This document shows positions 45,010 to 58,689 of a stretch of 64,000 nt of DNA, one piece after another. This stretch comes from Octopus vulgaris (lineage: Eukaryota). The position numbers and the translations under genes were made by a program. How positions within the stretch are numbered: position 1 is the first letter of the stretch; every line of letters starts with the position of its first letter. The notes under the pieces were generated by a model. The model saw only the letters and a program-made list of their open reading frames with translations. It ran no database searches and had not been told where the DNA came from. The stretch covers positions 46,190,001 to 46,254,000 of the forward strand of contig OX597815.1 in NCBI GenBank assembly GCA_951406725.2, in the 5' to 3' direction.

Positions 45010-45163
45010 GGTGTGAGAAAAGGGTTAAGCAATAGTTATTCTAGAGAAGACATGAATTAGAGAGTGAAGTGGAGGAATGAAAACAGACGAAAACATTCCT
45101 CCACTTCACTCTCTATTTCATATCTTCTCTAGAATAACTATTGCTTAACCATTTTCTTACACC

Positions 45164-45211
45164 GTCTCCGATGAAGGGATATATAAAATATCCCGGAAAC
45201 AGCTGTAAGAC
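45164..45211 (+). ncRNA. Minimal type I hammerhead-like ribozyme, CCGAUGA core
   Basis: gtct-CCGATGA-a-gggatat(ataaa)atatccc-g-GAAA-cagctg-TA-agac. Confidence 0.75.
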
Positions 45212-45420
45212 CTCTTTATAAATGTTCTGAAATCTTTCACAGCTTTGGATTTCTATCTGATTCGGTTAATTTTTTATATATACGCATGCTGATATATGAC
45301 TTACGTTGGACTCTTCATTCGCATAATCACCGAACCTGGAGCTTAGCTATAGTCTGTCCATAGCACTTACTCAGCATTACCTCACACCAGTGGGTCTTTT
45401 TGACACCATTACCTCTCATA

Positions 45421-45604
<184 letters not shown>

Positions 45605-45622
45605 GCGTAGCGGTATGTTTAA

Positions 45623-45668
<46 letters not shown>

Positions 45669-46079
45669 ATATAATATAATATAATAATATAATATAATAT
45701 AATATAATATAATATAATATAATATGATATAATATAATATAATGTAATATAAGTGCAGGCGTAGCCGTATGTTCAGCAACTGATATTGTTCCTTAAGTCT
45801 CCGTAACATAGCGGATCGGCTAAAGGAATCGACAGAGTAAGTACCAGATTTAAAAACATAAGTCTTGGTGGTGATTTGTTTGACTAAGAATTTCAAGGCG
45901 GTACCTCATCATGGCCGGAGTATAATGGCTGAAATAAAACTATAAAAGATATCGTTTCTAGTTAAGGCTTATGACTCTGCCCAGAGTTATTTTTCTTTGG
46001 TATTTCCGATTGAGGAAGGCTAAAAACATCGTATCTACCCAGTGCTTCTTCCTGTCGAATTCTCAGACGGCCCTTTCTA

Positions 46080-46334
46080 TTGGGTTGGTTCATAAATAAT
46101 GCGAGTTTTTGTTTTTCAACAAATTTTATTCGACGAAAACAATAATAACATGTAATTAAAACATCTTTAAATGATTATTCCGGTGCATATTCACCACCTA
46201 CTTCAATTGCTGCTTCTCATTTGCTTGGCAGACGGTCAGACCGTCATTTAAAGATGTTTTTGTTAAATATTGTTATTGTTTTTGTTGAATACAAATTATT
46301 GAAAATAAGCCGCAGTAATTATGCACCAACCCAA
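46080..46334. mobile_element. Mariner-type MITE
   Basis: TIRs ttgggttggttcataaataatgcg / cgcagtaattatgcaccaacccaa; TA on both sides; inverted similarity extends ~90 bp. Confidence 0.88.
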
Positions 46335-46916
46335 TATTACATTTATCCCGACCAGGCAGGATAAACCTTTTAGCAAAAGAGAGAATTTTTTTGTCCACAG
46401 TAACTGCAGTGAATTTACCTCTACAGGTTAAAATAGGTAACAAACATATTCTATCTTAAAGTTCGTTTATTCCTAATCACTGCTTAGTGCTGATGCTACT
46501 GTGTGTATGTGTGTGTGTATGTGTGTGTGTGTTTGTGTGTGTGTGTCTGTGTGTGCTTATACAAGCACATAAGTATATGTTTATCTATTTGTGTTATACA
46601 GGAATATCTATTAAGAAATCTAAAATAATCCGATGAAGTTTATGTATAGTTTGTAATGCCTACATTGGGAAAATTAAAAGCAAAATATGAAAGCGCTTCT
46701 TTTTATACAAGGACAATAGGGGTAGTTCCTCTGTTTCAGGGATTTTTGACAAGTCTTCGTAGGACAAGTAATTGCGATTTAAATCAACGACAAACTACTT
46801 GTATTGGCATTCTTTTGAGTACATTACTCAAGTTCTCATAACACTTCTACGTCTCCCTTTCATTTTCTGTACTCCTGTCGTTTGAATTTTATGTACACAC
46901 ACACACACACGTATAT

Positions 46917-46965
<49 letters not shown>

Positions 46966-48137
46966 GAGAGAGAGGGGGGAGTAAACAAATAGAGAGTAGC
47001 TGTAAAAGAAGTATATGTTCACACAAATGCAACTGCTGATCCAATTTAATATTCCAACCACCACCTCTATATATGTGTGTGAATTTATCTTTAATTCACT
47101 CTCTCTCCCACCTCTCTCGCTCTCTCTCTTTCTCTCCCTATATATAGATGTGTGTGTATGCGTGTGCGTTCGTGTGTGCGTGGGTATTTGTGTGTCTATC
47201 TATGCATGCATCCGTATATATATATGTGTGTGCATGTGAGTTTTCGAAGTTAGTGATGGGAGGAAGCATGTTCATACATACTCATATATGAGAAAAGGTG
47301 AGACCATACCTTCTCTCCCTACGTCCAATCAAATAAAGGTGTTACAGGTACTTCAACGATGTCCGTATGCAAATAAACCACTGAAATAATGTTTACAAAA
47401 ACCTAAACGAATGCCAGATCGGGTGACAATTCTCTCTCCCCTTTTCTCTCCCTTTCTTCTAAACTTTCTCCTTCCTTTTTCTCTTTTTCTCACCTTCTCA
47501 GTCTTCAAATAAATTCTCTCCTTCCCTTTCTCACTCTTTCTTTTCTGTAATCTTTTTACTTGTAATCTCTCTCATTTCCTTCCTATATCTCTCTAACTCT
47601 GACTCGCTTCTCTCTTTTCTTTCCATTCTCATTTCCTCTCTGCTGTTATTTATTTAAATCTATTCATCTATTTCTGTTCCTTTTTTTGTATTTATTCTGT
47701 GTCATTCACCTCTTTTCTCTTCTACTTATCCTTTACTGTTCTCGCTTACATATATATACTCACGACATTCTTTCTCCCCTACCACTATACTTTTTTCACA
47801 CTTTCTCAACTTTCCCCTCCTTCCCTCTCTTTAATGAATTCTCTACAATACTCTTCAAACTGTTCTAATTTGCTTTTCACTTTGTGCGTCTCACTTCATT
47901 TTTTTCAATCTTTCAATTTTTCCAACTGTTATTCTAGATTCCTTCTGTATTTTTATTATTTCTTTAATGTTTTATCTTCACAATTTTTTCTCATTTTACG
48001 ACTACATTTTATTATTTCTTGCTTTATCTGCTTTCAGTTTTTGGCATGTGGCCTTGTTGAAACACCAGCCACAATCCAAGGTTTTAAGTTGAAGACATCA
48101 ACCTTAGTACTTATTTGAGTCTGGTACCTATTTCATC

Positions 48138-48212
<75 letters not shown>

Positions 48213-48407
48213 GCATACAAACATACAAACGCACAAAAATACCCATTCTCATATATATACATGTATTTCCATATCTGTTTCTATGTCTGTATTTTGTTTA
48301 CCGCTGTACCCAGTTTGTTACAGTTGCTTTCCTTTATAAGAGAAGCTTTACTTTGTGATGGGAAACTCAATGTACCCACTATAGAAAGAAACGGTAGTTT
48401 GTTTAAT

Positions 48408-48466
<59 letters not shown>

Positions 48467-48559
48467 ACTCAAAAGAAACCGGAATTTTGCAATGTTATTT
48501 TATTTGCTTTGTTTTACATGCTTACGATTTTATCGTCTTCAAAGTATTCTCCATTTGAA

Positions 48560-49340
48560 GCAATGAATCAATCCAGATGCGTTTTCCACTGTTCGAAGCA
48601 GTGCTGAAATACTTGCGAAGTGACGCCTTTTAAAGCCTCTGTCGTATTTTTTTTTCACATTTTCCACATCTGCAAATTCCGTAACACCAGCATAGTTCAT
48701 CAGTGATGACCTTCGAAATTAAGGTTCAAATCAACTTCCAACTGTTCTTTCAGTTCACGACACAAATTCAGTCGTGACTGCTTTTGATCTTTCGTGAGCA
48801 AGCGAGGAACAAATTTTGCTGCAGCTCTTTTTATTCGTAATTTCTCGCTCAAAATTCGTTGGCAGAAGCTCCAGGACATACAAATCATATCAAGTTCGTC
48901 AATTGTTCGGAGACGGTTCTCCAAGATCAGTTCATGAATTTTCATAACGTCTTCATTCTTTCAGGAGGTCGGCGGTCACCTTGAACGAGGTGGGTCTTCA
49001 AGCGATAAATGACCATTTCTAAAGCGAGGAAACCACTCGTAAGCTTCTTTTGCTCATGGTAGCGTCCTTGTAAGCTGTTTGAAGCATGAAAATTGTTTTC
49101 CCCATGACAACTGTTTTCTCCGGTAGATAACAGAATATCACGGTTCCTTCGTTCCAACCATCGCAAAAATCGATGAACAGAGGGGGAAGCACTGCAAAAC
49201 ATAGACGCATCACGTGACAGTAGTACAATCGACGCCGCCGGTCGATAGACTGATGCCTGAGGGTTGCATGAAGTGGCTTCTTGTGGCAGAAGTCCGAACT
49301 GCAGCCGGCTTGTCCCACAGAGAACGTTTCCCCCTTGAAT
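48560..49340 (-). mobile_element. Internally deleted mariner element
   Basis: ENRLRTIDEL...QRILSEKL.IKRAAAKFVPRLLT.DQKQ.R (WVPREL-like motif). Confidence 0.85.
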
Positions 49341-49349
49341 ATATCTTTC

Positions 49350-49757
49350 TTTTTCTCTTTTTACTTGTTTCAGTCATTTGACTGCGGCCATGCTGGGGCA
49401 CCGCCTTCAGTCGAGCAAATCGACCCCGGGACTTATTCTTTGTAAGCCCAGTACTTATTCTATCGGTCTCTTTTGCCGAACCGCTAAGTGACGGGGACGC
49501 AAACACACCAGCATCGGTTGTCAAGCACTGCTAGGGGGACAGACACAGACACACAAACACACACGCACATATATATATATATACACATATATACGACAGG
49601 CTTCTTTCAGTTTCCGTCTACCAACTCCACTCACAAGGCATTGGTCGGCCCGGGGCTATAGCAGAAGACACTTGCCCAAGATGCCACGCAGTGGGATTGA
49701 ACCCGGAACCATGTGGTTGATTGGCAAGCTACATACCACACAGCCACTCCTGCGCCT
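49350..49757 (-). mobile_element. SINE family A (low divergence)
   Basis: Consensus match. Confidence 0.92.
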
Positions 49758-49983
49758 ATATATATATACAACTTATAAGTTGTATATATATATATATATA
49801 TACAACTTATAAGTTGTTTATAATTTTAACCTTTAAAGGTGTTTTAATATGCTGCCACTGTAATCAATCGCGCCTCCCCTTTGAGAGGTCCTCTCATGAT
49901 AAGTAACGATTTTTGCGTGTTCTAACACAATATTCATTTTAAGAGGGAGATGAATATTACCTTTTGTCGTTATTAATGTGTGT

Positions 49984-50182
49984 TGTTGTTAAGCAACAAG
50001 ACGGGTAAGGGGAATTAGGTGATGGTCTAGGGCTTCGGGCGGGAGACCCCAGACCTTGAAAAAAAAAACTTTGATCGTCTTGTTGTAGTCGAGGGCTCTT
50101 CGTTGACGCCCAACACCCCTGGGAGGTGGCCCTCGAAGTCACTGGAAATGGAGATCTCCAGGTCCAAAATTCTTGAACGGCC
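49984..50182 (-). mobile_element. ~195-nt structured short retroposon with (AAC)n tail, copy 2
   Basis: 12-bp TSD attaatgtgtgt at 49972-49983 and 50183-50194. Confidence 0.85.
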
Positions 50183-50394
50183 ATTAATGTGTGTGTTTGC
50201 GTGTGTTTGTATTTATCCCCGACCACTGCTCGACGAGAGTTGATGTGTTTACGCTCCAGTGACCTAGCGTTTCATCAAAAACAGACTGATTGAATAACTA
50301 AAAGGCTTTAAAAAATAAGTACCAAAGTCCAATGGTTCAGTTAAAATTCTTGAAGACAATATGCAACGGTCCAGCATGGCTGCAGTATATTGAT

Positions 50395-50618
50395 GGACGA
50401 AAAAATGTCGATATTGAAGAACGTTCTGGGACACCCGCAACCAGCAAACTGAGAAAAACATCGCAGATGTGCGTGCGACTGTGAAGGGAAATCGTCGAAT
50501 CCTCCATCCATGAGTTATCAGTGGATGTGCAGATTAGTTACGGTTCTGTTCAGTCCATTATCACTGAAGATTTAGTTTTCTTTACTATAGTAACAATCCG
50601 AATATTTATTGATCGTAT
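50395..50618 (+). mobile_element. Mariner fragment related to 62781-63211
   Basis: Shared aaaaatgtcgatattga...acccgcaaccagca..ctgagaaaaacatcgcagatgt.cgtgc.act.tgaa. Confidence 0.8.
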
Positions 50619-50691
50619 GTATAGATAAATTTCCTCTATTTACATAATATTGAGGTCTCTTTCTTTCTTTTGTTATCTTACCGTTTTACCA

Positions 50692-50724
<33 letters not shown>

Positions 50725-50780
50725 AACTCACGGTTAAGAAAAGTCGGGATGCGTGCTGATCAGTTATTCCATAAATGAAG

Positions 50781-50951
50781 AATACATTGAACACTACCAA
50801 ACGTACACGGAGGACAGACACAAGAACCCTAATACTTCATCAGTTATCGACCAAAATATACTAATACTTAGTTTCATGCCTTTATCGTTAACTGAAGTAT
50901 TAGGGCTCTGGTGTCTGTCCTACATGTACGTTTTGCAGTATTTAATGCATT
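50781..50951. mobile_element. Small Penelope-like fold-back with a truncated hammerhead-like motif on the minus strand
   Basis: Arms 50781-50846 / 50889-50951; CTGATGA (minus) at 50837-50843. Confidence 0.7.
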
Positions 50952-50970
50952 ATATATATATGTGTGAGTG

Positions 50971-51041
<71 letters not shown>

Positions 51042-51042
<1 letters not shown>

Positions 51043-51442
51043 CTTTTATTCTTTTACTTGTTTCAGTCATTTGACTGCGACCGTGCTGGAGCACCACCTT
51101 GAAGGATTTTCTCGTCGAAAAAATCGGCCCCAGGAGCTTATTCTATGTAAACCTAGTACATATTCTGGCTTTTGCTGAACCGCGCTAGGTAACGGGGATG
51201 TAAACACACCAACATCGGTTATCAAGCGATGGTGGGAGGACAAGTATAGACACAAAAACGCGCGCACGCACACACACACACACACAGACATATGCGACGG
51301 GCTTCTTTCAGTTACCGTCGACCAAATCTGCTCACAAGGCTTTGGTTGGCCCGAGGCTATAGTAGAAGACACTTGCCAAAATTGTCTCGTGGTGGGATTG
51401 AACCCAGAACCATGATGTTGGGAAGCTTCTTATCACACAGCC
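51042..51442 (-). mobile_element. SINE family A
   Basis: Consensus match. Confidence 0.9.
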
Positions 51443-51536
51443 ATGGGCTCGATTTCTTCGACTAAAACACTTCAAGTCAAATTAATGAAACAAATACACG
51501 CACACACATACATACATACATACATACATACATACA

Positions 51537-51609
<73 letters not shown>

Positions 51610-51945
51610 GTTTTTTTTTACGTTCATATGTATGTATATACATGTATCAATACACGAATACGGAGTTGCCTGCGTACATGTATATTGACATACATATTTC
51701 GCATTAGTTTATTAAGATAAATAAATAAATAAGTAAATAGATAAATAAATAAATAAAAACATGTATTTTTCACCGTTGAAAACGTTACATTAAATGTTTA
51801 TGACATGCGACTAAGATTTGTGAAGTGGAAATGATGTTGTAAAATAACCTTGGATTGCGTGACTGAATCTCTATGGATAGCCAATTAAATGCGATTTGAT
51901 TAAGAATGAATTAAAGATAATGTGTGAAATTTATTACAAAGCAGA

Positions 51946-52050
<105 letters not shown>

Positions 52051-52385
52051 ACAAACACACACACACGCACGCTCGTTCATACGCTCACATCAAATGCATA
52101 GAAGTGGACATAGATGAATATGTGTGTGTGTGTGTGGTGCGTATGTGTGTACAGAGATAGATAGACAGATTGATAGTTACGTGCGTATGTAACTGTATGT
52201 GTACCTGTGACTCCTGTTGACTAGTGGTTAGGGTTTGAGGCATGATCTCTCTCGGGTTCAACTTCTGATTCGGGAACACCCTCTGTCCTTGAGCAAGGCA
52301 CTTCATTACATGTTGCTCTAGTTTAGTCTGGTGTAAATGAGTGCTAGATGGGTGCTGCAGCAGCTCCCCCTCTCTCTCTCTCCCC

Positions 52386-52494
<109 letters not shown>

Positions 52495-52512
52495 CGTCCG
52501 TCCGTCCGTCTG

Positions 52513-52570
<58 letters not shown>

Positions 52571-53111
52571 GCTATCTCTCTCTCTCCAGCTTTCACTTCC
52601 AGGATGTATCACTTGGTCAAAGGATGATAGGGTAACAGGGTTGCATGTATATCTATGTCCTCTCGCAGTTTTATAGATGCTTGAAATAATTATCGAAAAC
52701 TTGGTATCTGCTATAAAGTCATACTCGTCGCTGGTAACAGCTGGCTCTTTACGTCTCACTTTTCCCTCTCTCCCCTCCCCTCTCTCTCCCTCTCTGTATA
52801 TATATATATGGATCAAAACAGTTTGATTTAAATCCGTTGGTACTCTTGAGTTTCAAGCGTGATGCTAGTCGTCAGCCATTTTGAATTTAAATGACAGAAG
52901 TTGATAGTTATTACCGTAAAGTGGACTGTGATCAGTTGTGGAAGATCTCGCGGTGTCGTGGTTTGATTTTAGTGGTTTGATGGATAAGAGTTAGTTGGAA
53001 AAATACCGCATGGTGAACAATAAATTGACCACGTGGGGACAGGAAATAGACCACGTGGCGATTAGCAAATTGGTCAGATTGTTGGGGGTTAGGAAGGGGT
53101 GGTATGTGTAA

Positions 53112-53149
<38 letters not shown>

Positions 53150-53551
53150 AATTAAAGGTATTTCCCAAGCCATAGATTCATACGGCCAGTTTCCAGGATT
53201 TCATGACGTATGTAATCCTTAACCTACCTCCAGATAGAACACCGGTCTGTCGCAGGATTACTCATTTTTGCCAGCTCAAGAACATAACACACCGTCCTGT
53301 CAAGAAATAGAACAATCTTATGATTATGAGTGTGATACCCTAATCACCAAGCCATGTGCTTCCACTACATATATGATTACTAAAACTTGCTATATACTAG
53401 GCAGTATTAGGTACGGTAGATTATGCCAGTTTAACCGTATGTTTGTTGAAAATTTTATGATGCGGTTTAGATTTAGAGATGTGTTTAATTAAAGGTTGAA
53501 ATCAAATTTTACTCTTATAAGGCGTGGTTGTGTGGTAAGAAGATTGCTTCC

Positions 53552-55386
53552 GCACATGCGCAGTTAGTCGACTTCTTCCAGCTGAACCAGAGTGGACGTG
53601 GGCTTGTTAGCTCCGTCCAATTACAAGAAAAAAGAACAAAAACAGAAAAGGTCGTCGAGGTCGGTGATTTTGTTTTATCTGAGCCGGGCGTAATTTGTTA
53701 TATTGTAATTTTTTGTTAATAAATTTCGCCCAGCTCTGGGATAATTTCGCCTGCTTCCGGCGGCTGCTGTTTTTTGTATATTATAAACTTACTATGAATT
53801 TTTGGATTCATTTCAAAAAAAAAAAAAAAGGAGGCGTATCCTCGCCCGAATGAATAGAACCTGTTACAGTTGCTGTTGCAGTTACCGTTGGCTGTAGCCA
53901 GTATTGTGTTTGAATTTATTGAATTTATTTTATCAATTACCGGAAAAAGAATATACATTTGGCCGGGAGTACCTGTTGGCCAGGAAATTGGATTTTTGCT
54001 GTGTGAATTGTTTTTCTTTTTTCCGTCTATCTTTCTTGATTTTTTTCTTTCTTTTTGAACTGTTTATTTATTTTTTGGACTTTTTTTGTTTTATTTCTTT
54101 TTACTGTTCCCGTTAACTTTTTGTGTACCTTTTTTGACTTTTTCTTTGACCTTTGAACTTTCTTTGAACTTTTAAGACCTTTTTTAGCACATGGCAAAAA
54201 TAAACGGTGCCGCTGCTTTGGAGTGGGAGGTGGTCTCACCCAGACGGTGGATTAAAGATCTTCAGAAGAGGACGGTGGTACTACGGACCTATTCTAGGTC
54301 GCGTGGTGCCATCGCCCGCTTCGACAAGATTGTGATAGAGAAAGAGTTGGCAGACTACCTGCCAACTATAAAATTTATTCTACAGGGGACCAAATTTGCA
54401 ACGGTCTGGTTGCTCTTTGGTACCCCCGAGGAAGCTGGCATATTTGCCAGCGAGCCCCTTGAGGGGCAAGAAATGTTGTTCCTCTCCACTTATTGTGGGA
54501 GGAGGGTGATAAAAGCCTGGGTATGTGGGCTACCCCCGGGCACAGAAGCAGGATGGATTGGTAATACCATCCGGCAGGGCCTGGGGGATAGCGGGCCCAG
54601 GCTCTTAAATGTGAGAATGATGCCAGCGGTCGACTGGTAGGGGTCGAAAGCAATTTTGATTTATGGATCCCATCGGCCGCAGGAGAACTGGTATTCCCGG
54701 ACTTCCTAAAAATGGCTGGCTGTAAGTATCCGGTGATACTTGAGGATGTCCTCCACCAAGTGTCACTCGTGCCTGGAAGGACTGCCTTTGAGGCCATAAC
54801 AGCCCCGGCACAGGAAATTAAGGTGCCCCCACCCCCTGTAGCGGGGGAGACGGTGGAAGTCGTGGAGGAAGTTGCTTCCACGAAGAGAAAAATAAAGACG
54901 AGCAACAATGCTTGCTCACCAAATAATGTTCAGGCGGCACAGGAAGCGGGGGGAGATAGTGTCCCCCCCGCACCCGCCGATGCAGGCCCCTGCCCCCGCA
55001 GCCTCAAAGAGAAAGAAGGAAAGTGGGAGCAGGGGACAGTCGGCGGATGGCCCTGTGCCGCCAATTGAAGCGCCGGTGGAATGTGTGCCGCCGTCGTGCG
55101 AGGCTCTGTCAGTGGAAGTTGTGCCACTGACAGAGCAGACAAAGACCCCCCTGAAGAGGAGGATTTTATCCTCCTTTACCTCGAGGGTGGGGGTCTGTCG
55201 ATGAATACTTGGGCGGCTTGGGCGACCGAGAACGGGTGTTCTCGGCGTGCTCAAGCTGTGCAAGGTGGCCTCCGCTGGTAACTGCGGATGTGGTGAGTTA
55301 TAAATTGTGACACTATGTGACAAACATTTGATAAAAGGCACTTCACCTTCCTCTTTCTGAACTCCCGGCTGTCAACGCTTCAAATA
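53552..55386 (+). mobile_element. ORF1-only L1/Tx1-like non-LTR element (~1.83 kb)
   Basis: GC-rich island with a T-rich 5'UTR, an ORF1-like frame and terminal AATAAA; 15-bp TSD aagaag(a/c)ttgcttcc at 53537-53551 and 55387-55401. Confidence 0.7.
54191..55070 (+). pseudogene. Disrupted ORF1/gag-like protein of a non-LTR retrotransposon
   Basis: 149-aa complex ORF (RRVIKAWVCGLPPGTEAGWI, RRM-like as in L1/Tx1 ORF1), stop at 54638-54640, continuing in shifted frames into a Pro/Glu-rich tail. Confidence 0.55.
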
Positions 55387-55526
55387 AAGAAGCTTGCTTC
55401 CCAACCACATGGTTCCGTGTTCAGTCCCACCGCATGACACCTTGGGCAAATGTTTTCTACTACAACCTCAGGCCGACCAAAACCTTGTAAGTGGATTTGG
55501 TAGACGGATACTGAAAGAAGCCCGTC

Positions 55527-55572
<46 letters not shown>

Positions 55573-55826
55573 ATAAACATACACATATATGTGTGTGTGT
55601 GTGTGTGTGTGCGTGTCTTTGTGTTCGTGTTTGTCCCCCCGCCATCGCCTGACTACCTGTGTTGGTGTGTTTATGTCGCCGAAACTTAGCGGTTCGGCAA
55701 AAGAGACCGACAGAATAAGTACTAGACTTACAACGAATAAGTCCTAGGGTCGAATTGTTCGACTAAAGGCGGTGCTTCAGCATGGCCGCAGTCAAATGAC
55801 TGAAACATGTAAAAGAGTAAAAGAGA
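55387..55826 (+). mobile_element. SINE family A, interrupted (its 5' end is at 53521-53551)
   Basis: Head ggcgtggttgtgtggtaagaag..ttgcttcc resumes at 55387. Confidence 0.9.
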
Positions 55827-56382
55827 ATGATCTACTTTAGAGTATTATGGACATACTATATTCTTTTATTCTTTTACTCCTTTCAGTCATTCAACTGCGG
55901 CCATGCTGGAGGTTTTAGTGGAAGAAATTGATTCAGGACCTATTCTGTGTAAGCCTAGTACTTATTCTATTATCACTTTCGCTGAATCACTAAGTTACGG
56001 GGACGTAAACACACCAGCATCGGTTGTCAAGCGATGGTGGGGGAGGACAAATACAGATACAGACACGCGCACATAAATGTGCACGCACACGCGCACACGC
56101 ACATACACACACAAACATTCAATGTTTTGTCCTGTGTCATCCATAATGTTTCTCTTGATGTAAACATTTTGTAATCATTAAAGAAATGGTCATCATCATC
56201 ATCATAATCGTCTTCATTATTATTAATGTTCTTATTGTTATTTACTTTTAATCTGCATGTATGTTACAATCCCTTGCCGAGACACACCCAACATCCAAGG
56301 GCGAGTGAAGGATAAGAGATGTTACAGTAGGACTGAAAGCCTGGGAAAGAGAAGTGGCAGGGGCAGTAGCGACATACCTTCG

Positions 56383-56992
56383 TGCAATATAACACAGACG
56401 TTTAAATTGATAGGGATTTTCTAAGGATGTAGTTAGTACTTGTCAGCCCAATCTTTTGGATTTCTCTGAGACAAGGTTCTCCTAGGATGTTGTCTGGATG
56501 TTTTTGACATCCGTTTTTTTTTCATACCTAAAGCACCCACAATAACAGGAAAATGCTTTAAGATGCCACATCTTTTGTATTTCAATTTCCAAGTCCTTAT
56601 ATTTACGTAATTTGTTAAATTCCTTTACATATATATTTTTATCAGTGGGAACACTTACATCTATTAGTCTATAAGTATTTTTTTCCCGTCTTTAATATTA
56701 TGTTCTGTCGGTGTTGACTGAGGATAGTGACACTTTTACCTTCAACGACTGGCTCAGGATGATGTTCATATCAGTAAGCAGGACTGCCGATTTCGTAGTG
56801 TTCACATATTTTTCAATGTAAATTTTATATTCGTTTTATGTCAGCATTGGACATCCCGAAACGAGATGGTCTATTGTCTCGTCAAATGTATCGCAGAGTC
56901 TGCATTTAGGGTCAGAACTGCTTTGAAAAACGTAAGCTTCGTAGTTTTTCGTAAACAAGCTTTGCTCTTGTACCGCCAGTATGAAACCTTCA
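56383..56992 (-). mobile_element. R4/Dong-like LINE C-terminus (CCHC plus RLE)
   Basis: EGFILAVQEQSL.TKNY...CRLC....ETIDHLVSGCP; downstream PVIVGALG. Confidence 0.85.
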
Positions 56993-57434
56993 GGTTGTTG
57001 TTGTTGTTGTTGTTGTGTCATTGTTGTCGTTGCGATTGAACTGGTACTTCAATTTGATAACCTTGGAAGAAAGAAGACAAAGCAAATTCAGCAGGATTCG
57101 AACTCAGAATGCAAATGCGCTTAGTCCGTATGTCGGCTCTAACGCCCCGCATTTTACAATGCAATATAAATAGGTACAATGATAGCTGTCAACCTAGATA
57201 TCTAAAAAAGAGTAATGATGTCAGATAGATAACAAGAAATATCATATATAACTTGAACAATAACAAAATACAAGACAACCACTGTTAGGCTTGACCTCTT
57301 CCATTCACTGAAACAGCTGGCTCAGGCGAAGGTCAGTGCAGAAATCAGTAAATACTGATAAGAAAGATTCGCACAAAATTAAAGGTTATGCATGTCATCA
57401 GCTTTCTTTTCTTTCGCTTTCTTGTTTTATTTTG

Positions 57435-57478
<44 letters not shown>

Positions 57479-58689
57479 GCAATTATTATTTCCTCTACAA
57501 TTTGATTTCTAAACAGTTCGCCTTGTTATATTACATTTTCTCTTTCTCTGTGACAAGTGTCTTTCTTTCTTCGAGTTATCTAAATTTGTTCTTTCTTTCC
57601 TCCCTCTTCACTCTTATAAAAGCGCAGTAAGTTAAACATAAGACAGTGATAACCATGACGATGAAGGATGACGTTGGCGACGCTACTGCTATAATATTCT
57701 GTATTGCCCATAAGAGCGCCGGTTGAGGAGATATATCAAGGACAAGTTACCAAAAGGATTTGGTTGGTAGATTACGCAGAATCAATTATGAAAAGTACAG
57801 GATATGAAAAGTAACTGGACACTGAAAGAATAAAACGAGACGTCTTGATTGGAGGATTCAGAATTACCACGACTATTAGGGGTAATTACATTGTCCTAGC
57901 TATGTTATCTAGTCTAAATATACACCCTAAGAGAAGACCAATCCAATGTGATCATATTCCCCACTCTCACTCACCTTTTAGAAACTTTATTAGTGGAATA
58001 TATCCTTTCCCATACTCACTACTCTGTATATGTGAAATCTGAAGAAGATAATGAATCTTGATTATCAGAGAAGCGTCATTTCTCAGACCGTTCTATCTTG
58101 TCCTCAGTACAACTTCTTTCACAATTTCAAACCTGAGAGTAAAAAACTGTCTACGCTTCGTAGCAAAGAAGAGATGACTTACCATGAGCGATCCTTACCA
58201 TGTATTCTACTAACAAAACTACATCCGTTATACAGGCAGCAACAACTCTACGAGTCAGTAAAACTTAGTCACTGATCAAATGCCTGCATAAAGGTTTTGT
58301 TTCTGTGCGCGGCACTACAGTACCTGCAGGGTTATCCTAAACTACCAAGGAACGATAACACTGCTAGGTCGGTTTTTTCTAAAACTGACCACCGTTTTCT
58401 AAATAATAGTTTTTTTCAAAATAGGCTGTTCTGTTAATCTTCGTTGGTGCTCAGAATGTCTTAGCTCTTGTCCACCATTATCTCTCACGAAAGGATCCAT
58501 ACACCCGCGACCGCACTTCCAGAGCAGTAGAAAACTGATCTGAACTTTTCAGGTGGCAAATCTGGTCTTTATTTGATAAAGGACTACTGCTTCCTCAAAC
58601 CAAAGAAACGAAATATGGGAAGACATATCTAACAAAATGCGAAATCACCTACTCAATTACTCTTTCTCGTTTCAAGTTCTCATCCGTCA

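Larger units (their letters stand above)
44901..45272. mobile_element. ~370-bp palindromic Penelope-like fold-back with a hammerhead motif in each arm
   Basis: ~180-bp arms with a 14-nt loop near 45080-45093; TA-flanked. Confidence 0.85.

Noticed and set aside
52820-53095. Possible solo LTR with gaccacgtgg repeated twice
   Set aside because: No second LTR, TSD or convincing TG...CA pair could be fixed
54375-55341. Long minus-strand ORFs (177 aa, 141 aa)
   Set aside because: Shadow frames of GC-rich retroelement ORF1 sequence
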